64,000 nucleotides of DNA from Promethearchaeota archaeon (GTDB lineage Archaea > Asgardarchaeota > Lokiarchaeia > Sigyniarchaeales > SOKP01), in the NCBI GenBank assembly GCA_030599585.1, contig JAUVNS010000008.1, positions 96,001 to 160,000 of the forward strand. Reading direction: 5' to 3'. Each line of letters starts with the position of its first letter. Positions within the stretch are counted from its first letter, which is position 1. The notes below the pieces were generated by a model. That model did no database searches and had not been told where the DNA came from. It worked only from the letters and a program-made list of their open reading frames with translations. The translations under genes and the position numbers were made by a program. Of the stretch, positions 48,728 to 59,004 are shown piece after piece.

Positions 48728-49915
48728 TTAAACTACATTTTCATGGTGAAATTTTTCTATTTCGTTATCATCATACCCTAATTCTAAAAGGATTTCTTTA
48801 GTATGTTGTCCTAATATGGGTGGAGATGTTAAAACCTCCCCTGGTGTGGCAGAGAGTTTAACAGGAATTCCTGTTACCCTGATTTTTCCTGCTTTCAAAT
48901 GATCGAGATCTTTGACCATGTTTCTATGGAGCACCTGCGGATCAGTAAAAATCTTATCCATAGTATAGATCGGACCACAGGGAACTCCAGCCTTTGTTAG
49001 AATATCCAGCCACTCTTGCGCAGATTTCGAACTAATTATTTTACTAATGGTAGTTACTAAATCATCCCTATTTTCGACACGTTTTGCATTTGTAGAATAT
49101 TTAGGGTTATCTATTATGTTTTCTAATCCAACAGCATGACAGAATTTTTGCCATAATTGATCGTTACCCGCTGCAATATTAACATATGTGTCATTAGCTT
49201 TGAAAGCTTGATATGGTACAATATTTGGGTGTCCAGAGCCTAAAGGTTGCGGTATTTCACCAGATGCAAAAAAGGATCCTGCCCTATAAGTTAACCAAGC
49301 AACTTGGCTATCTAATAAAGATACATCAATCAGTTGACCTTTGCCAGTTCTTTCACGATTAAAGAGAGCAATCATAATACCATAAGCTGCAAACATACCT
49401 CCGGCAATATCAGCCACCGCTATCCCCACTTTAATTGGAGGACCTCCTGGTTCACCGGTAATACTCATAAGCCCGCCCATTCCTTGTAATACTTGATCAA
49501 AACCAGGTAATAACTTGTATGGTCCATCCTGCCCAAATCCAGAAATACTCGCATATATAATTTTTGGATTTAACTCTACAACGCTCTTATAGCCTAAACC
49601 AAGTTTTTCCATCGTTCCGGGCCTAAAATTTTCAACAACAACATCTGCTTTTTTTATTAATTTTTCAATGATCTCTTTCGATTTCTCACTTTTCAAGTTC
49701 AAAGTTATACTCTTTTTATTTCGATTAACGCTCATAAAATACGCACTTTCTCCTTCTACGAAAGGAGGTCCCCATGATCTAGAATCATCTCCCCTACCAG
49801 GCATCTCTATTTTAATAATTTCAGCCCCCATATCTCCTAACATCATTGTACAATAGGGACCCGCAAGAGCTCTTGACAAATCCAAAACTGTAATGCTTTC
49901 TAGTGGTCTTACCAT
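48728..49915 (-). CDS. CaiB/BaiF family III CoA-transferase
   Basis: LDLSRALAGPY, NRNKKS, ENFRPG, ISGFGQDGP, AD, PPILGQHT motifs. Confidence 0.95.
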   Translation of the reverse strand: MVRPLESITVLDLSRALAGPYCTMMLGDMGAEIIKIEMPGRGDDSRSWGPPFVEGESAYFMSVNRNKKSITLNLKSEKSKEIIEKLIKKADVVVENFRPGTMEKLGLGYKSVVELNPKIIYASISGFGQDGPYKLLPGFDQVLQGMGGLMSITGEPGGPPIKVGIAVADIAGGMFAAYGIMIALFNRERTGKGQLIDVSLLDSQVAWLTYRAGSFFASGEIPQPLGSGHPNIVPYQAFKANDTYVNIAAGNDQLWQKFCHAVGLENIIDNPKYSTNAKRVENRDDLVTTISKIISSKSAQEWLDILTKAGVPCGPIYTMDKIFTDPQVLHRNMVKDLDHLKAGKIRVTGIPVKLSATPGEVLTSPPILGQHTKEILLELGYDDNEIEKFHHENVV

Positions 49916-50034
49916 CTCCTATTTCACTTTTCTTATATATATCATGCTTAATAATGTTATGAATAAATTATTAACTATTATAATTGAAGATTTCCATACA
50001 AAGACAATAATTTATCTTCATAGATAAAAATCAT

Positions 50035-50835
50035 CTAGAAAAACATGGTTATTGCCAAACCTATTAAAACTACTGCCACAAAAAGTTTTAAATAGAATTT
50101 CGGCATTTTTTTTGAAATTTTCGCTCCAATTATAGATCCAAAAATAGATCCTATTGATATTATAATTCCAACAATAACATCAATTTGTCCTGTAATAAGT
50201 TTTACTAACGTATTATAAATTGCTGTGAAAAAAACTATTGAAGTTGATATGGCAGTAGAATTATGAATTGGAAAGTCTAAAATAATATTAAGTGAGGGAG
50301 AGTTAATAATTCCTCCTCCAATTCCTAAAAGGTTAGCTGCAAATCCTGCTAAAATAAAATATGGAATTGATTTCTTAAAATTAGATTTATAGTCATGAGA
50401 ATCTAAAGAAAATACAATTACTTCTTCAGTTTGATTTTTTGTTCTTTTATTTGTTTTTAAAGTCTTATAAATCATATTTATTCCAGCAATTAATAAGGTG
50501 CCCGCAAAGATTATTTTTAACACATTACTTTCAACATGAACAAATGAAAATAAAATCGACGATAAAATACTCCCCAAAATTGAAAAAGCAGCGAATATTA
50601 AGGATAGACGAACCTTTGTTCTTTTTTGTCGCAAATAGGTTATAAAACCTGCTAAAGAAGAAAAAAGAATTATGAAGGTGCTTGTATCTACTGCAACATT
50701 AATAGGGAAAAGAAAAAGGAGCGTCATGATGGATACAAAGAACACTCCTCCGCCTATTCCGGCAATAACAGAGACAATACCGGATAATAGACCCAGTAAA
50801 ATTAATAAGGAGACAAGATAGAAAGATAATTCCAT
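50035..50835 (-). CDS. TauE/SafE sulfite exporter family protein
   Basis: Two GIGGG motifs, about 8 TM helices. Confidence 0.9.
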   Translation of the reverse strand: MELSFYLVSLLILLGLLSGIVSVIAGIGGGVFFVSIMTLLFLFPINVAVDTSTFIILFSSLAGFITYLRQKRTKVRLSLIFAAFSILGSILSSILFSFVHVESNVLKIIFAGTLLIAGINMIYKTLKTNKRTKNQTEEVIVFSLDSHDYKSNFKKSIPYFILAGFAANLLGIGGGIINSPSLNIILDFPIHNSTAISTSIVFFTAIYNTLVKLITGQIDVIVGIIISIGSIFGSIIGAKISKKMPKFYLKLFVAVVLIGLAITMFF

Positions 50836-50983
50836 GGGCGATAAAATGGTATATTCATCATAAATCTTTTTAATAATTAGAAAGAGAATCTTAATCGAAA
50901 ATTGAAAGAAAAATCAAGAATTAAATTATAAAAGAGTTATTAGATAGTAAATATATAATTTTGAATTCAAATAGTTATCATTT

Positions 50984-51379
50984 ATGCCCGATTCTAACGA
51001 AGATAAGCTGGTTGTTGCTCTCGTTGCTTGTTCTAAGTGTGGAAATGCTTTCATGATAAAAAAGGGACAAAAAAAAACCGATGATTTGGTATGTGATAAC
51101 TGTCTTAGGTTAGAACAGCGAAAAAAACAGCTTACAGACTCAGTTAAAGAATCTCAAAAAGAAATTGAAAGTTCTATAAGGGGATATAAAAATTCGTTGC
51201 GAGTTGCTAAATCTCAACAAATAAAACAAATATACTTCGATAAGATTAAGAAAACTTCTAACACATTAAATAACTCTGTCGATCTTCTTAAAAAGATAGA
51301 AGAAACTAACGATGAGAATTATATTGAAGAATATAAGAAGTTGTTTGAAGAAATGAAAAAAGACTATGCAGATAAATAA
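50984..51379 (+). CDS. Zn-ribbon + coiled-coil hypothetical protein
   Basis: CSKC...CDNC followed by a heptad-rich helix. Confidence 0.7.
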   Translation: MPDSNEDKLVVALVACSKCGNAFMIKKGQKKTDDLVCDNCLRLEQRKKQLTDSVKESQKEIESSIRGYKNSLRVAKSQQIKQIYFDKIKKTSNTLNNSVDLLKKIEETNDENYIEEYKKLFEEMKKDYADK

Positions 51380-51513
51380 TAAGCAATACTTTCTTCTTCT
51401 TTTATATTTTCATTCAGAATCATTTTTAAACAATCTAAATTTCAAATTATTTAAGTAGAAATATCATTTAAAGATTAAAATATTAAATAAAATACATTTC
51501 CCGTGAACAGAAA

Positions 51514-51936
51514 ATGCCATTAAAACAAATATCTCTATTTCTCCCAAATAAACCAGGACAACTAGCTAATTTCTTTGAATTTTTGATGAACAACAAAATA
51601 TACATAAGATCTTTAACTGTTGCTGAAACAGAAGACTATGGATTATTATTACTTCTTGTTAACCCTTTTGAAAAATGCATAGCATTATTAGAAGATAATG
51701 ATTATTTACATTCAGTAACGGAAGTTGTTGCTGTAAAGTTATCTGACAACATCACTCAATTGTATAATATAGCTAAAACGCTAGGGAATCACAATATAAA
51801 CATCGAATATATATATACATTTGCCGAAAAGACCTCAGAAATAAGTACAATGACAGTTCTGAGGTTAGATGATAACGAAAAAGGAATAAATGTTTTAAAA
51901 GAGCACGGTTTTGAAGTAGTGGAAAATTTAGAATAG
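51514..51936 (+). CDS. ACT domain pair protein
   Basis: KQISLFLPNKPGQL, AETEDYG, NINIEYIY motifs. Confidence 0.9.
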   Translation: MPLKQISLFLPNKPGQLANFFEFLMNNKIYIRSLTVAETEDYGLLLLLVNPFEKCIALLEDNDYLHSVTEVVAVKLSDNITQLYNIAKTLGNHNINIEYIYTFAEKTSEISTMTVLRLDDNEKGINVLKEHGFEVVENLE

Positions 51937-51975
51937 TTATGGAAGCTAATATTCCCCATTTTTTAAATATAAATT

Positions 51976-53343
51976 CTATGTATTCAATTTCATGCGATCC
52001 AACAATACTTTTATCGCATAAGCTGCCTCTGTTGGCGTAAAAAACACTGGTGCTTCTTCTTTTTTAGCAAAATCTCTTAGATCTTTGAAATTTTCTCCAA
52101 AAAAAACAAAAGGTACGAGCGGTTTTAATCTCTTTGTGTCATTCCAAGCTCTAATCATACCCCTATAATGCTCATCAGATTTCATTTCTAAGAATGGGGG
52201 GATAACCAAGCATGGAACGACTATATCTATCTTTGAATCTTCCAACATGGCTTTTGTTATCTCGTAAAATTGTTTTTCAGCGGCTACACCAATCATGTCA
52301 AGAGGATTCTGAATTTTAACAAGTGAAATCAAAAACGGTTGAATTTTTTGTTTGAGAGCATCGGAAAACTCAGCTAATGTCAAATTAAACTCTTCTACCT
52401 TATCACTAAATAAAACAGAGCTTCCCCCACTATTCGTCAAAACTCCTATTCTCTTACCCTTAGCGTTTGGTAAAAATGAAAACGCTTTTAATGCTGTAAT
52501 AAAGTCAGTGGCATTTTCACACAATGTTGCTCCTGCTTGTTGTATAGAAGTTTTCAACATTTTATAGTTTGTGGCTATTGAACCAGTGTGACTACTTGCA
52601 GCTTTCATCCCCGTTGAAGTTCTTCCTCCCTTTAAAATGATAATTGGTTTAATAGGAACAATTGTTTTTAATGTATTTAATAGTTTCCTTCCTTCCTCAA
52701 CTGTTTCCATGTAGATACATATAATTTTTGTGTTCGCATCTTCTTTATAAAAATCAAGAATTTCATCAAATGAAACATCAATGTTATTTCCGATATTTGC
52801 AAATTTAGAGCATCCAATATTTTCTCGGTCCATAGCGTAAAAACTAGCACAGCTAAATGAACCTGATTGACTAATCATGCTAATATTCCCCCTTGGAGCT
52901 GCCTGTATAAAAGAAGCGTTGAGTCCGATATCAAGATTTTGTATTCCAACGCAATTTGGCCCCATAACTCGAATTCCCGCTTTTTTACATTTTTTTGCAA
53001 TTAAATCTTCAGCTTTTTTTCCTTCTTGATTAATTTCTCCAAATCCAGCAGTTATAATTATTACACATTTTACATGCTTTTCAATACACTCATCAATTAC
53101 ACTGTCTACAGCTCTAGCAGGAACTAAAATTATTGCAAGATCGATTTTTTTCTGAACATTTAATATGCTCTTATAACATTTAATTCCAAGAATTTCCTTA
53201 GTATTTTGAGTTATAAGATATAATTCACAAGCAAGATCTTTGTTTTGAAGGATATTTATGGTAACAGCATTTCCAAACTTTTTTGGATTAGCAGTCGCTC
53301 CGATGATTGCAATCGTTTTGGGAGAAAAAAAAAGAGAAATCAT
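51976..53343 (-). CDS. Acyl-CoA synthetase (NDP-forming) alpha subunit
   Basis: IIGAT, TAGFGE, MGPNCVG, SQSG, KGGRT..G.KAASSHTG, TNSGG, NPLD motifs; start ATG 53343 just after the iorA stop. Confidence 0.92.
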   Translation of the reverse strand: MISLFFSPKTIAIIGATANPKKFGNAVTINILQNKDLACELYLITQNTKEILGIKCYKSILNVQKKIDLAIILVPARAVDSVIDECIEKHVKCVIIITAGFGEINQEGKKAEDLIAKKCKKAGIRVMGPNCVGIQNLDIGLNASFIQAAPRGNISMISQSGSFSCASFYAMDRENIGCSKFANIGNNIDVSFDEILDFYKEDANTKIICIYMETVEEGRKLLNTLKTIVPIKPIIILKGGRTSTGMKAASSHTGSIATNYKMLKTSIQQAGATLCENATDFITALKAFSFLPNAKGKRIGVLTNSGGSSVLFSDKVEEFNLTLAEFSDALKQKIQPFLISLVKIQNPLDMIGVAAEKQFYEITKAMLEDSKIDIVVPCLVIPPFLEMKSDEHYRGMIRAWNDTKRLKPLVPFVFFGENFKDLRDFAKKEEAPVFFTPTEAAYAIKVLLDRMKLNT

Positions 53344-53347
53344 ATTT

Positions 53348-55261
53348 TCATTCAATCTCCTCATATATCGCATCTTGAGGACAAACATCTATGCAGACTT
53401 TGCACCACCTACAAACAGAACTCTCAATCGAAACTTTTTTATCAGCTTCATTAAAATTTAACGCTTGACACCCAAATTTATTAATGCATATCATACAACC
53501 TATACATTTTTCTTGATCTACCACTATGGAGGGAGGTGTTATTTGTTGAACCCGAAATTGGTTAGACTCTACCAAGGAACACAGATGTCGAGAAATGAAA
53601 ACTCGAACCCCATCTGCCTTGACTGCTTCTTCAAGCTTTTTAATTGTCGCGTTCAATTTATAAGCATCTTCAACCCAGATCTTTTCGGGAGGGACGCCAC
53701 AACCTTTCACAAGATCTTCTAAGACAACGCGAATGCCGGGTTCTTTAGTGATGGTAACGCCTGTACCCGGATTATCTTGAAATCCTGTCATACTTGTTGA
53801 TCTGTTATCTAAAATAACGACCAACATATTATTTTTGTTAAATACAGCATTGATTAAAGCTGGAATCCCTGAATGGAAAAATGTAGAATCACCTAAAATT
53901 GCCAAGACTGGATTATCTGAACTTTGAACCTTTGCAATTCCGTTTGCTAAGCCTATTGAGCCTCCCATACACACTTCTGTGTCTATTCCCTCTAACGGTT
54001 TGTAAACTGCGAGAGTATAGCAACCAATGTCAGATGAGTTCACAAATTTCGTCTTCATCGTCTTTTCTACTTGTTTAATCGCATAGAATGTGGATCGATG
54101 TCCACAGCCTGGACATAAGATCGGAAGCCTTGGAGGGATGATTAATATATTTTCAGGAACAGATACTTTCTTATATGATAAACCAATCAATCGAGCAATA
54201 TTTTCGAGATATATCTCCCCAGAAAATTCTCCGTTTTGTGGAAAAATGTCTTTACCATGAATAATTAACTCTTTTGAGTAGCCTTCTTCAAACGCAATTT
54301 GCTTCATGATATTTTCAAGGAAAGGTTCGAGTTCTTCAACTACCACGATTTCGTCTGAGTGAGTAAATAATTTCTTTATTAACTCCTTAGGTGGTGGATA
54401 AACTAATCCAAGTTTTAAAATTGAAACCTTATCAGTAATACCGTAGTGATTAAGGGCATCTAACAATTGAGAATATGGTACTCCTGCAGCTACAAACCCA
54501 TATCTAACACCGTTAATTTTTTCTCCCGATAATTGTAGCGAATTAAAGGGAAAATAATCAGCAAATTTGGAGATTTCTTCTAACCTTTCTAACAACCTCA
54601 AACGCAATATTCGGGAGTGAGAAGGTAAACAAACCCATCTTGAGCGGTCCCAATCAAAACCGTAATCACGATCTATTAGATCCACATCTCCAAGAATCAC
54701 ATCACCTCTACCGTGGTTTAATCTAGTAGTAGTACGAAACAATACCAAGGATTGATATTCTTCTGAAAAATCAAATGCGTACTTTATCATGTCTTTTGCT
54801 TCTTGTGGGGTTGAAGGCTCAAACACAGGCACAAGAGCATGTAATCCAAAATATCTGTTATCTTGTTCATTTTGAGAGGAATAACAGTTAGGATCATCTG
54901 CCGAGATCAATACCATTCCACCTCTTGCTCCTGCATAACATGCTGTCATGAAGGCATCTGATGCAACATTGACTCCAACATGTTTCATAACAGCAACTGA
55001 ACGTACATTCGACATCGAACCACCGTACGCTACCTCAAAGCCTACTTTTTCATTTACACTCCATTCTAATTTGAGATGAGGATAGAACTTTTGCATAACC
55101 GCTAAAGTTGGTAATATTTCTGATGAGGGAGTACCGGGGTAACCAGCACCAATTACAACTCCTGCTTCTAGAATTCCTCTGGCAATTGCTTCGTTTCCCA
55201 ACAGTATTATTTTTTTTCCTGGATTCTCCTCAGCAAATTCGGGTCTAATCATTAGAACCAC
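53348..55261 (-). CDS. iorA: Indolepyruvate:ferredoxin oxidoreductase alpha subunit
   Basis: LGNEAIARG, GYPGTPSSE, MKHVG, SSQNEQD, CPGCGHR, DIGCY, GDSTFFHSG, C-terminal ferredoxin. Confidence 0.96.
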   Translation of the reverse strand: MVLMIRPEFAEENPGKKIILLGNEAIARGILEAGVVIGAGYPGTPSSEILPTLAVMQKFYPHLKLEWSVNEKVGFEVAYGGSMSNVRSVAVMKHVGVNVASDAFMTACYAGARGGMVLISADDPNCYSSQNEQDNRYFGLHALVPVFEPSTPQEAKDMIKYAFDFSEEYQSLVLFRTTTRLNHGRGDVILGDVDLIDRDYGFDWDRSRWVCLPSHSRILRLRLLERLEEISKFADYFPFNSLQLSGEKINGVRYGFVAAGVPYSQLLDALNHYGITDKVSILKLGLVYPPPKELIKKLFTHSDEIVVVEELEPFLENIMKQIAFEEGYSKELIIHGKDIFPQNGEFSGEIYLENIARLIGLSYKKVSVPENILIIPPRLPILCPGCGHRSTFYAIKQVEKTMKTKFVNSSDIGCYTLAVYKPLEGIDTEVCMGGSIGLANGIAKVQSSDNPVLAILGDSTFFHSGIPALINAVFNKNNMLVVILDNRSTSMTGFQDNPGTGVTITKEPGIRVVLEDLVKGCGVPPEKIWVEDAYKLNATIKKLEEAVKADGVRVFISRHLCSLVESNQFRVQQITPPSIVVDQEKCIGCMICINKFGCQALNFNEADKKVSIESSVCRWCKVCIDVCPQDAIYEEIE

Positions 55262-55865
55262 CCTTTAAATCTATTCCCTTTTCAATTCCAATTTCAAATG
55301 CTTTCTTGTTTATATCATGAAACTTTGAAGGTAGATAACTTAAGATAGCTTTCTGGAGCGTTTCTTTTTTAAGTGGTAATACTTGTAAACCAATTAGAGT
55401 TCCTACCATTACAACATTCATTGTTCTTGGATTCCCCAAATCCGTGGCAATTTTTACGGCGTCTATAAAAAATATATGCGGCGATACACTTTTCAAAAAA
55501 TCGCGAATTTCTGTTATGTTTGGATAGTCCATTCCCATCTGGTGAATCATTGGAGGAATGATAATGTTCTCATTAATCAAAAAAACGGTTTCTGGTCCAG
55601 CATAATTAAAAATCCTAACAGCCTCACTCGCCTCAAATGCTAAGATGGTATCAGTTTTTCCTCTTGGAATAAGTGGACCTTCTACTTCGGTGCCAAAACG
55701 TAGAAAAGACGTAACTGAACCACCTCTCTGGGCCATACCATGAGTTTCTGCAGTTCTAATTTTATAATCATCTAATAAAGCAGCATATGAGAGAATTTGT
55801 GCTGCCCGAATTACTCCTTGGCCACCCACTCCTACATTCAATAAATTATAACTTTTGATTTCCAT
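55245..55865 (-). CDS. iorB: Indolepyruvate:ferredoxin oxidoreductase beta subunit
   Basis: GVGGQG, ETHGMAQRGGSV, N.VMVG, INKKAF motifs. Confidence 0.95.
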   Translation of the reverse strand: MEIKSYNLLNVGVGGQGVIRAAQILSYAALLDDYKIRTAETHGMAQRGGSVTSFLRFGTEVEGPLIPRGKTDTILAFEASEAVRIFNYAGPETVFLINENIIIPPMIHQMGMDYPNITEIRDFLKSVSPHIFFIDAVKIATDLGNPRTMNVVMVGTLIGLQVLPLKKETLQKAILSYLPSKFHDINKKAFEIGIEKGIDLKGGSND

Positions 55866-55952
55866 GATTAAGTATCATCAAAAATTAAGCTTTTTACTAT
55901 CCTCTTTAGTTTTTCTTAATCTCTTAAATTTAATTAAATTATTCCTTAAAAT

Positions 55953-55985
55953 AGATAATGGGAAGATAATGGGAAGATAATGGGG
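55953..55985. repeat. 11-bp tandem repeat x3 (AGATAATGGGA) upstream of iorB
   Basis: agataatggga agataatggga agataatgggg. Confidence 0.85.
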
Positions 55986-56582
55986 AGCACCTATTCATTT
56001 TTAAATATGGATTAAGAGAATTAAAAAAGAAAATTTTAATCTGAAACTAAGTTTGCGTTTAGCAAAATAAGATTTGTATTATGCAACTTTAGACATTGCG
56101 AGATATATATAATTGAAAAAAATGAAAAGTAGTCGTTAAGCCAAAAAATAATTATCTATTAAATGGTTTCACCAATCAGATTTATTCTTAAGTATCAAAT
56201 CTAAAATCATAATTAATTAAATTAAAGATGAGTTGTTAATCGCTCTTTTAATGAAGGATTTATGCCTATTAAGTTCTTAATAAATTTTGATTTTGAATTT
56301 GTAATAGCTTGTCGATCAAAAATTTTGCACACAAATTTGGTTAATTTTAGTTGAATAAACTGGTTTAGGTCTGAAGAAATTCGAGAATTTTTTTTTTTTT
56401 AAATTAAATCTATGAATTATCTTCACATTTATATTTAAATCTAACATTAAATAGATAAAGTAAATGAGAATATATTTCAAATGTGCTAATATCATTTTAA
56501 TTTATTGAATATTCAAATAGAACGATTGTAAAATTAACGAATGAATCGTAATATTTTTATAGGTTTAAAATCATTATTATGT

Positions 56583-56734
56583 TAGAAAATTTCGATTTTC
56601 TATCTTGTAGTGGAATGTTTCGATTTTAGCCCGTAATTTATTCCTCCACGAATGAGTTTTTCCCGCTAAAAGTATTTGCATTCCATTACGTTTTTTTTAT
56701 TTTTACCTACCTGACATTCCATTTCAGGCAAGAT
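56583..56734 (+). ncRNA. Candidate structured non-coding RNA / leader element
   Basis: UUCG-loop hairpin, long three-stem arm with G-U pairs, U-tract, further hairpin; TATA-like box about 25 nt upstream. Confidence 0.45.
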
Positions 56735-56955
56735 TGTTTGAATTTTTATTCGTCAATCATATTTTAGTGCTATTTCTAGAAGATATTATTCAACATCAGC
56801 AAGAGAAATTCAAAGGTTTTAAATGTTAACTATGTCAAAAAAGTGTAGATTTAATTATATAAATTTTAAATCGTTGTTATTATTCAAATTCATATTGAAC
56901 TGAAGTTTAAATTTCAATCAGTTTATAAAAAAAATAAATCTCAAGGTTGAATATA

Positions 56956-57747
56956 ATGGGAAAATTTGATGGAAAAGTAGCATTTCTAACAGGTGGTGCA
57001 TCTGGACTGGCAGAACAGGCTGCTAAAGATTTTGCTGCTGAAGGATCAAAAATTGTAATTTTTGATATTGATAAGGAAAACGGAGAACGTGTAGAAAAAG
57101 AAATAAAAGACGCTGGTGGCGAAGTTTTTTATTTTGAGGGAGATGTAAGAAAATCCGATTCTGTTGATGCTGGAGTTAATCAAGCGTTTGAAAAGTACGG
57201 AACTGTTGATTTTTTAATTTACTCTGCTGGTATCTTAAAAGATGGAATGATACATAAATTGTCGGAGGAATATTGGGACGATGTGATTAACACACACCTT
57301 AAAGGTTTTTATCTATCTTTACAAGCTTGTGCTAAACGATGGATCGCCTCTTGCAAGGAAAATCCGAAAGAAAAAATTGCCGATTACCCCGATAAGAGAG
57401 TGATCACAATTAGTAGTCAAGCAGCTGAAGGAAATATTGGGCAATTGAACTATGCAGCAGCTAAATCTGGTATGTTAGGGATGGTTAAAACAGCAGGGTT
57501 AGAATTGATTCGTTATAATATTAGAACGCACGCAATCATGCCTACTTTAATCGAAACTCCAATCCTCGGTGAATTATTAAGCAAACAAGAGGGTAAATGG
57601 AGAAAATACTATTCTGGAAGGATTCCCTTAGGAATAGGAGAATCCAAATATGTATCTGAAGTCATATTATTTTTATGCAGCGAAGCCGCATGGTTTATGA
57701 ACGGAGAGATTATAGGTATAAACGGCGGTCGTTTAGATAAGGTTTAG
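56956..57747 (+). CDS. SDR family oxidoreductase (FabG-like)
   Basis: TGGASGLA, SAGILKD, ISS, NYAAAK motifs; ATG 56956. Confidence 0.92.
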   Translation: MGKFDGKVAFLTGGASGLAEQAAKDFAAEGSKIVIFDIDKENGERVEKEIKDAGGEVFYFEGDVRKSDSVDAGVNQAFEKYGTVDFLIYSAGILKDGMIHKLSEEYWDDVINTHLKGFYLSLQACAKRWIASCKENPKEKIADYPDKRVITISSQAAEGNIGQLNYAAAKSGMLGMVKTAGLELIRYNIRTHAIMPTLIETPILGELLSKQEGKWRKYYSGRIPLGIGESKYVSEVILFLCSEAAWFMNGEIIGINGGRLDKV

Positions 57748-57789
57748 ATAAAAGCTAATTAATAAATAAAAAATTATTTTTCATTTTTC

Positions 57790-58992
57790 TTATTCTTTAT
57801 TTAGGGTCATTTTCTTTATTTCTTCAATCAATATAGGAATTATTTCATGAAGATTTCCTACAATCCCATAATGAGCAAAATTGAAGATAGGAGCATCTGG
57901 ATCCTTATTGATTGCTACGATAATATTTGAATTTTCCATACCAACGATATGTTGGATAGCTCCGGAAATACCGCAGGCAATATATAATTTTGGAGAAACT
58001 GTTACACCTGTTTGGCCAATTTGCCTGTCCGGATCAAGCCAATTTAACTCAATGGTTATTCTTGAGCCACCTAATTCTGCCCCCAATACAGTTGCTAAAT
58101 CTTCGATGAGTTTAAAGTTTTCTTTTGAACCAACTCCTCGTCCACCTGCCACTATGATTTTTGCGTCTTCGAGGTTTACTGGAGTTTTACTCGTATTTAT
58201 GACTTTTATTATTTTGGAAACAGAATCTGCTTCTGTAAAATTGTAATCAATTACTTTAACGGGTACCTCTTTTTTAATCTTTTTGGGTGCTTTAAAAATT
58301 CCCGGCCTTACTGTAGCCATTTGAGGTCTACTAAAAGGAGTTCTAATAGTTGCCATGATATTTCCGCCAAATGTTGGGCGAGTTTGTAAAAGATTTTTAG
58401 TCTCGGGATTTATGTCCAAACCCGTACAATCTGCTGTCAACCCTGCGTGTAGTCTTTTGGCTACTCTAGGCGCAAAGTCCCTTCCGGTTGGAGTAGCTCC
58501 AATAAGTACTATCTCCGGTTTATGTTCTTCGATAAGCTCTGAAATTACTTTTACATATAAATCTGAATAATAATCTTTTAAAAGAGGTGATTTGACGTAA
58601 ATTATCTCATCCATTCCATATTCGCTAAAATCTCCAATATCTTCGTCGAAATTAGCGCCTAAAATTACGAATGTTAACTTTGAATCTAATAGATTTGACA
58701 ATTCTCGTCCTTTTCCTAACAGTTGGTATGCTACTTTGTGAACTACCTCTTTGTAGTGCTCGGCTATAACCCAAACACCTTTATATTGAGATAAATCTAT
58801 TTTATCTTCTGACGCTTTATCTCGCTCTAGAGTTATTGCCTCAACAGGACAGTTTTCTACGCATATTCCACAAAGATTACAATTTGGTAACACTATTGCT
58901 TTATCGTTTTCTAATTCAATTGCTCCATACGGGCAACTATCAACACAGTTCCCGCAACCAGTGCATTGATCTTCGTCAATGATAATGCTCAA
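57790..58992 (-). CDS. etfA: Electron transfer flavoprotein alpha subunit with N-terminal 2[4Fe-4S] ferredoxin
   Basis: CTGCGNCVDSCP and CNLCGICVENCP; GLTADCT, RPTFGG, QIGQTG, GISGAIQH motifs. Confidence 0.95.
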   Translation of the reverse strand: MSIIIDEDQCTGCGNCVDSCPYGAIELENDKAIVLPNCNLCGICVENCPVEAITLERDKASEDKIDLSQYKGVWVIAEHYKEVVHKVAYQLLGKGRELSNLLDSKLTFVILGANFDEDIGDFSEYGMDEIIYVKSPLLKDYYSDLYVKVISELIEEHKPEIVLIGATPTGRDFAPRVAKRLHAGLTADCTGLDINPETKNLLQTRPTFGGNIMATIRTPFSRPQMATVRPGIFKAPKKIKKEVPVKVIDYNFTEADSVSKIIKVINTSKTPVNLEDAKIIVAGGRGVGSKENFKLIEDLATVLGAELGGSRITIELNWLDPDRQIGQTGVTVSPKLYIACGISGAIQHIVGMENSNIIVAINKDPDAPIFNFAHYGIVGNLHEIIPILIEEIKKMTLNKE

Positions 58993-59004
58993 CTATAATT
59001 CCTC

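Noticed and set aside
56577-56710. Minus-strand micro-ORFs (MECKYF; 34-aa MQILLAGK...) near an AGGT motif
   Set aside because: SD spacing is 18 nt or more and there is no paralog support; the plus-strand RNA structure explains the region better
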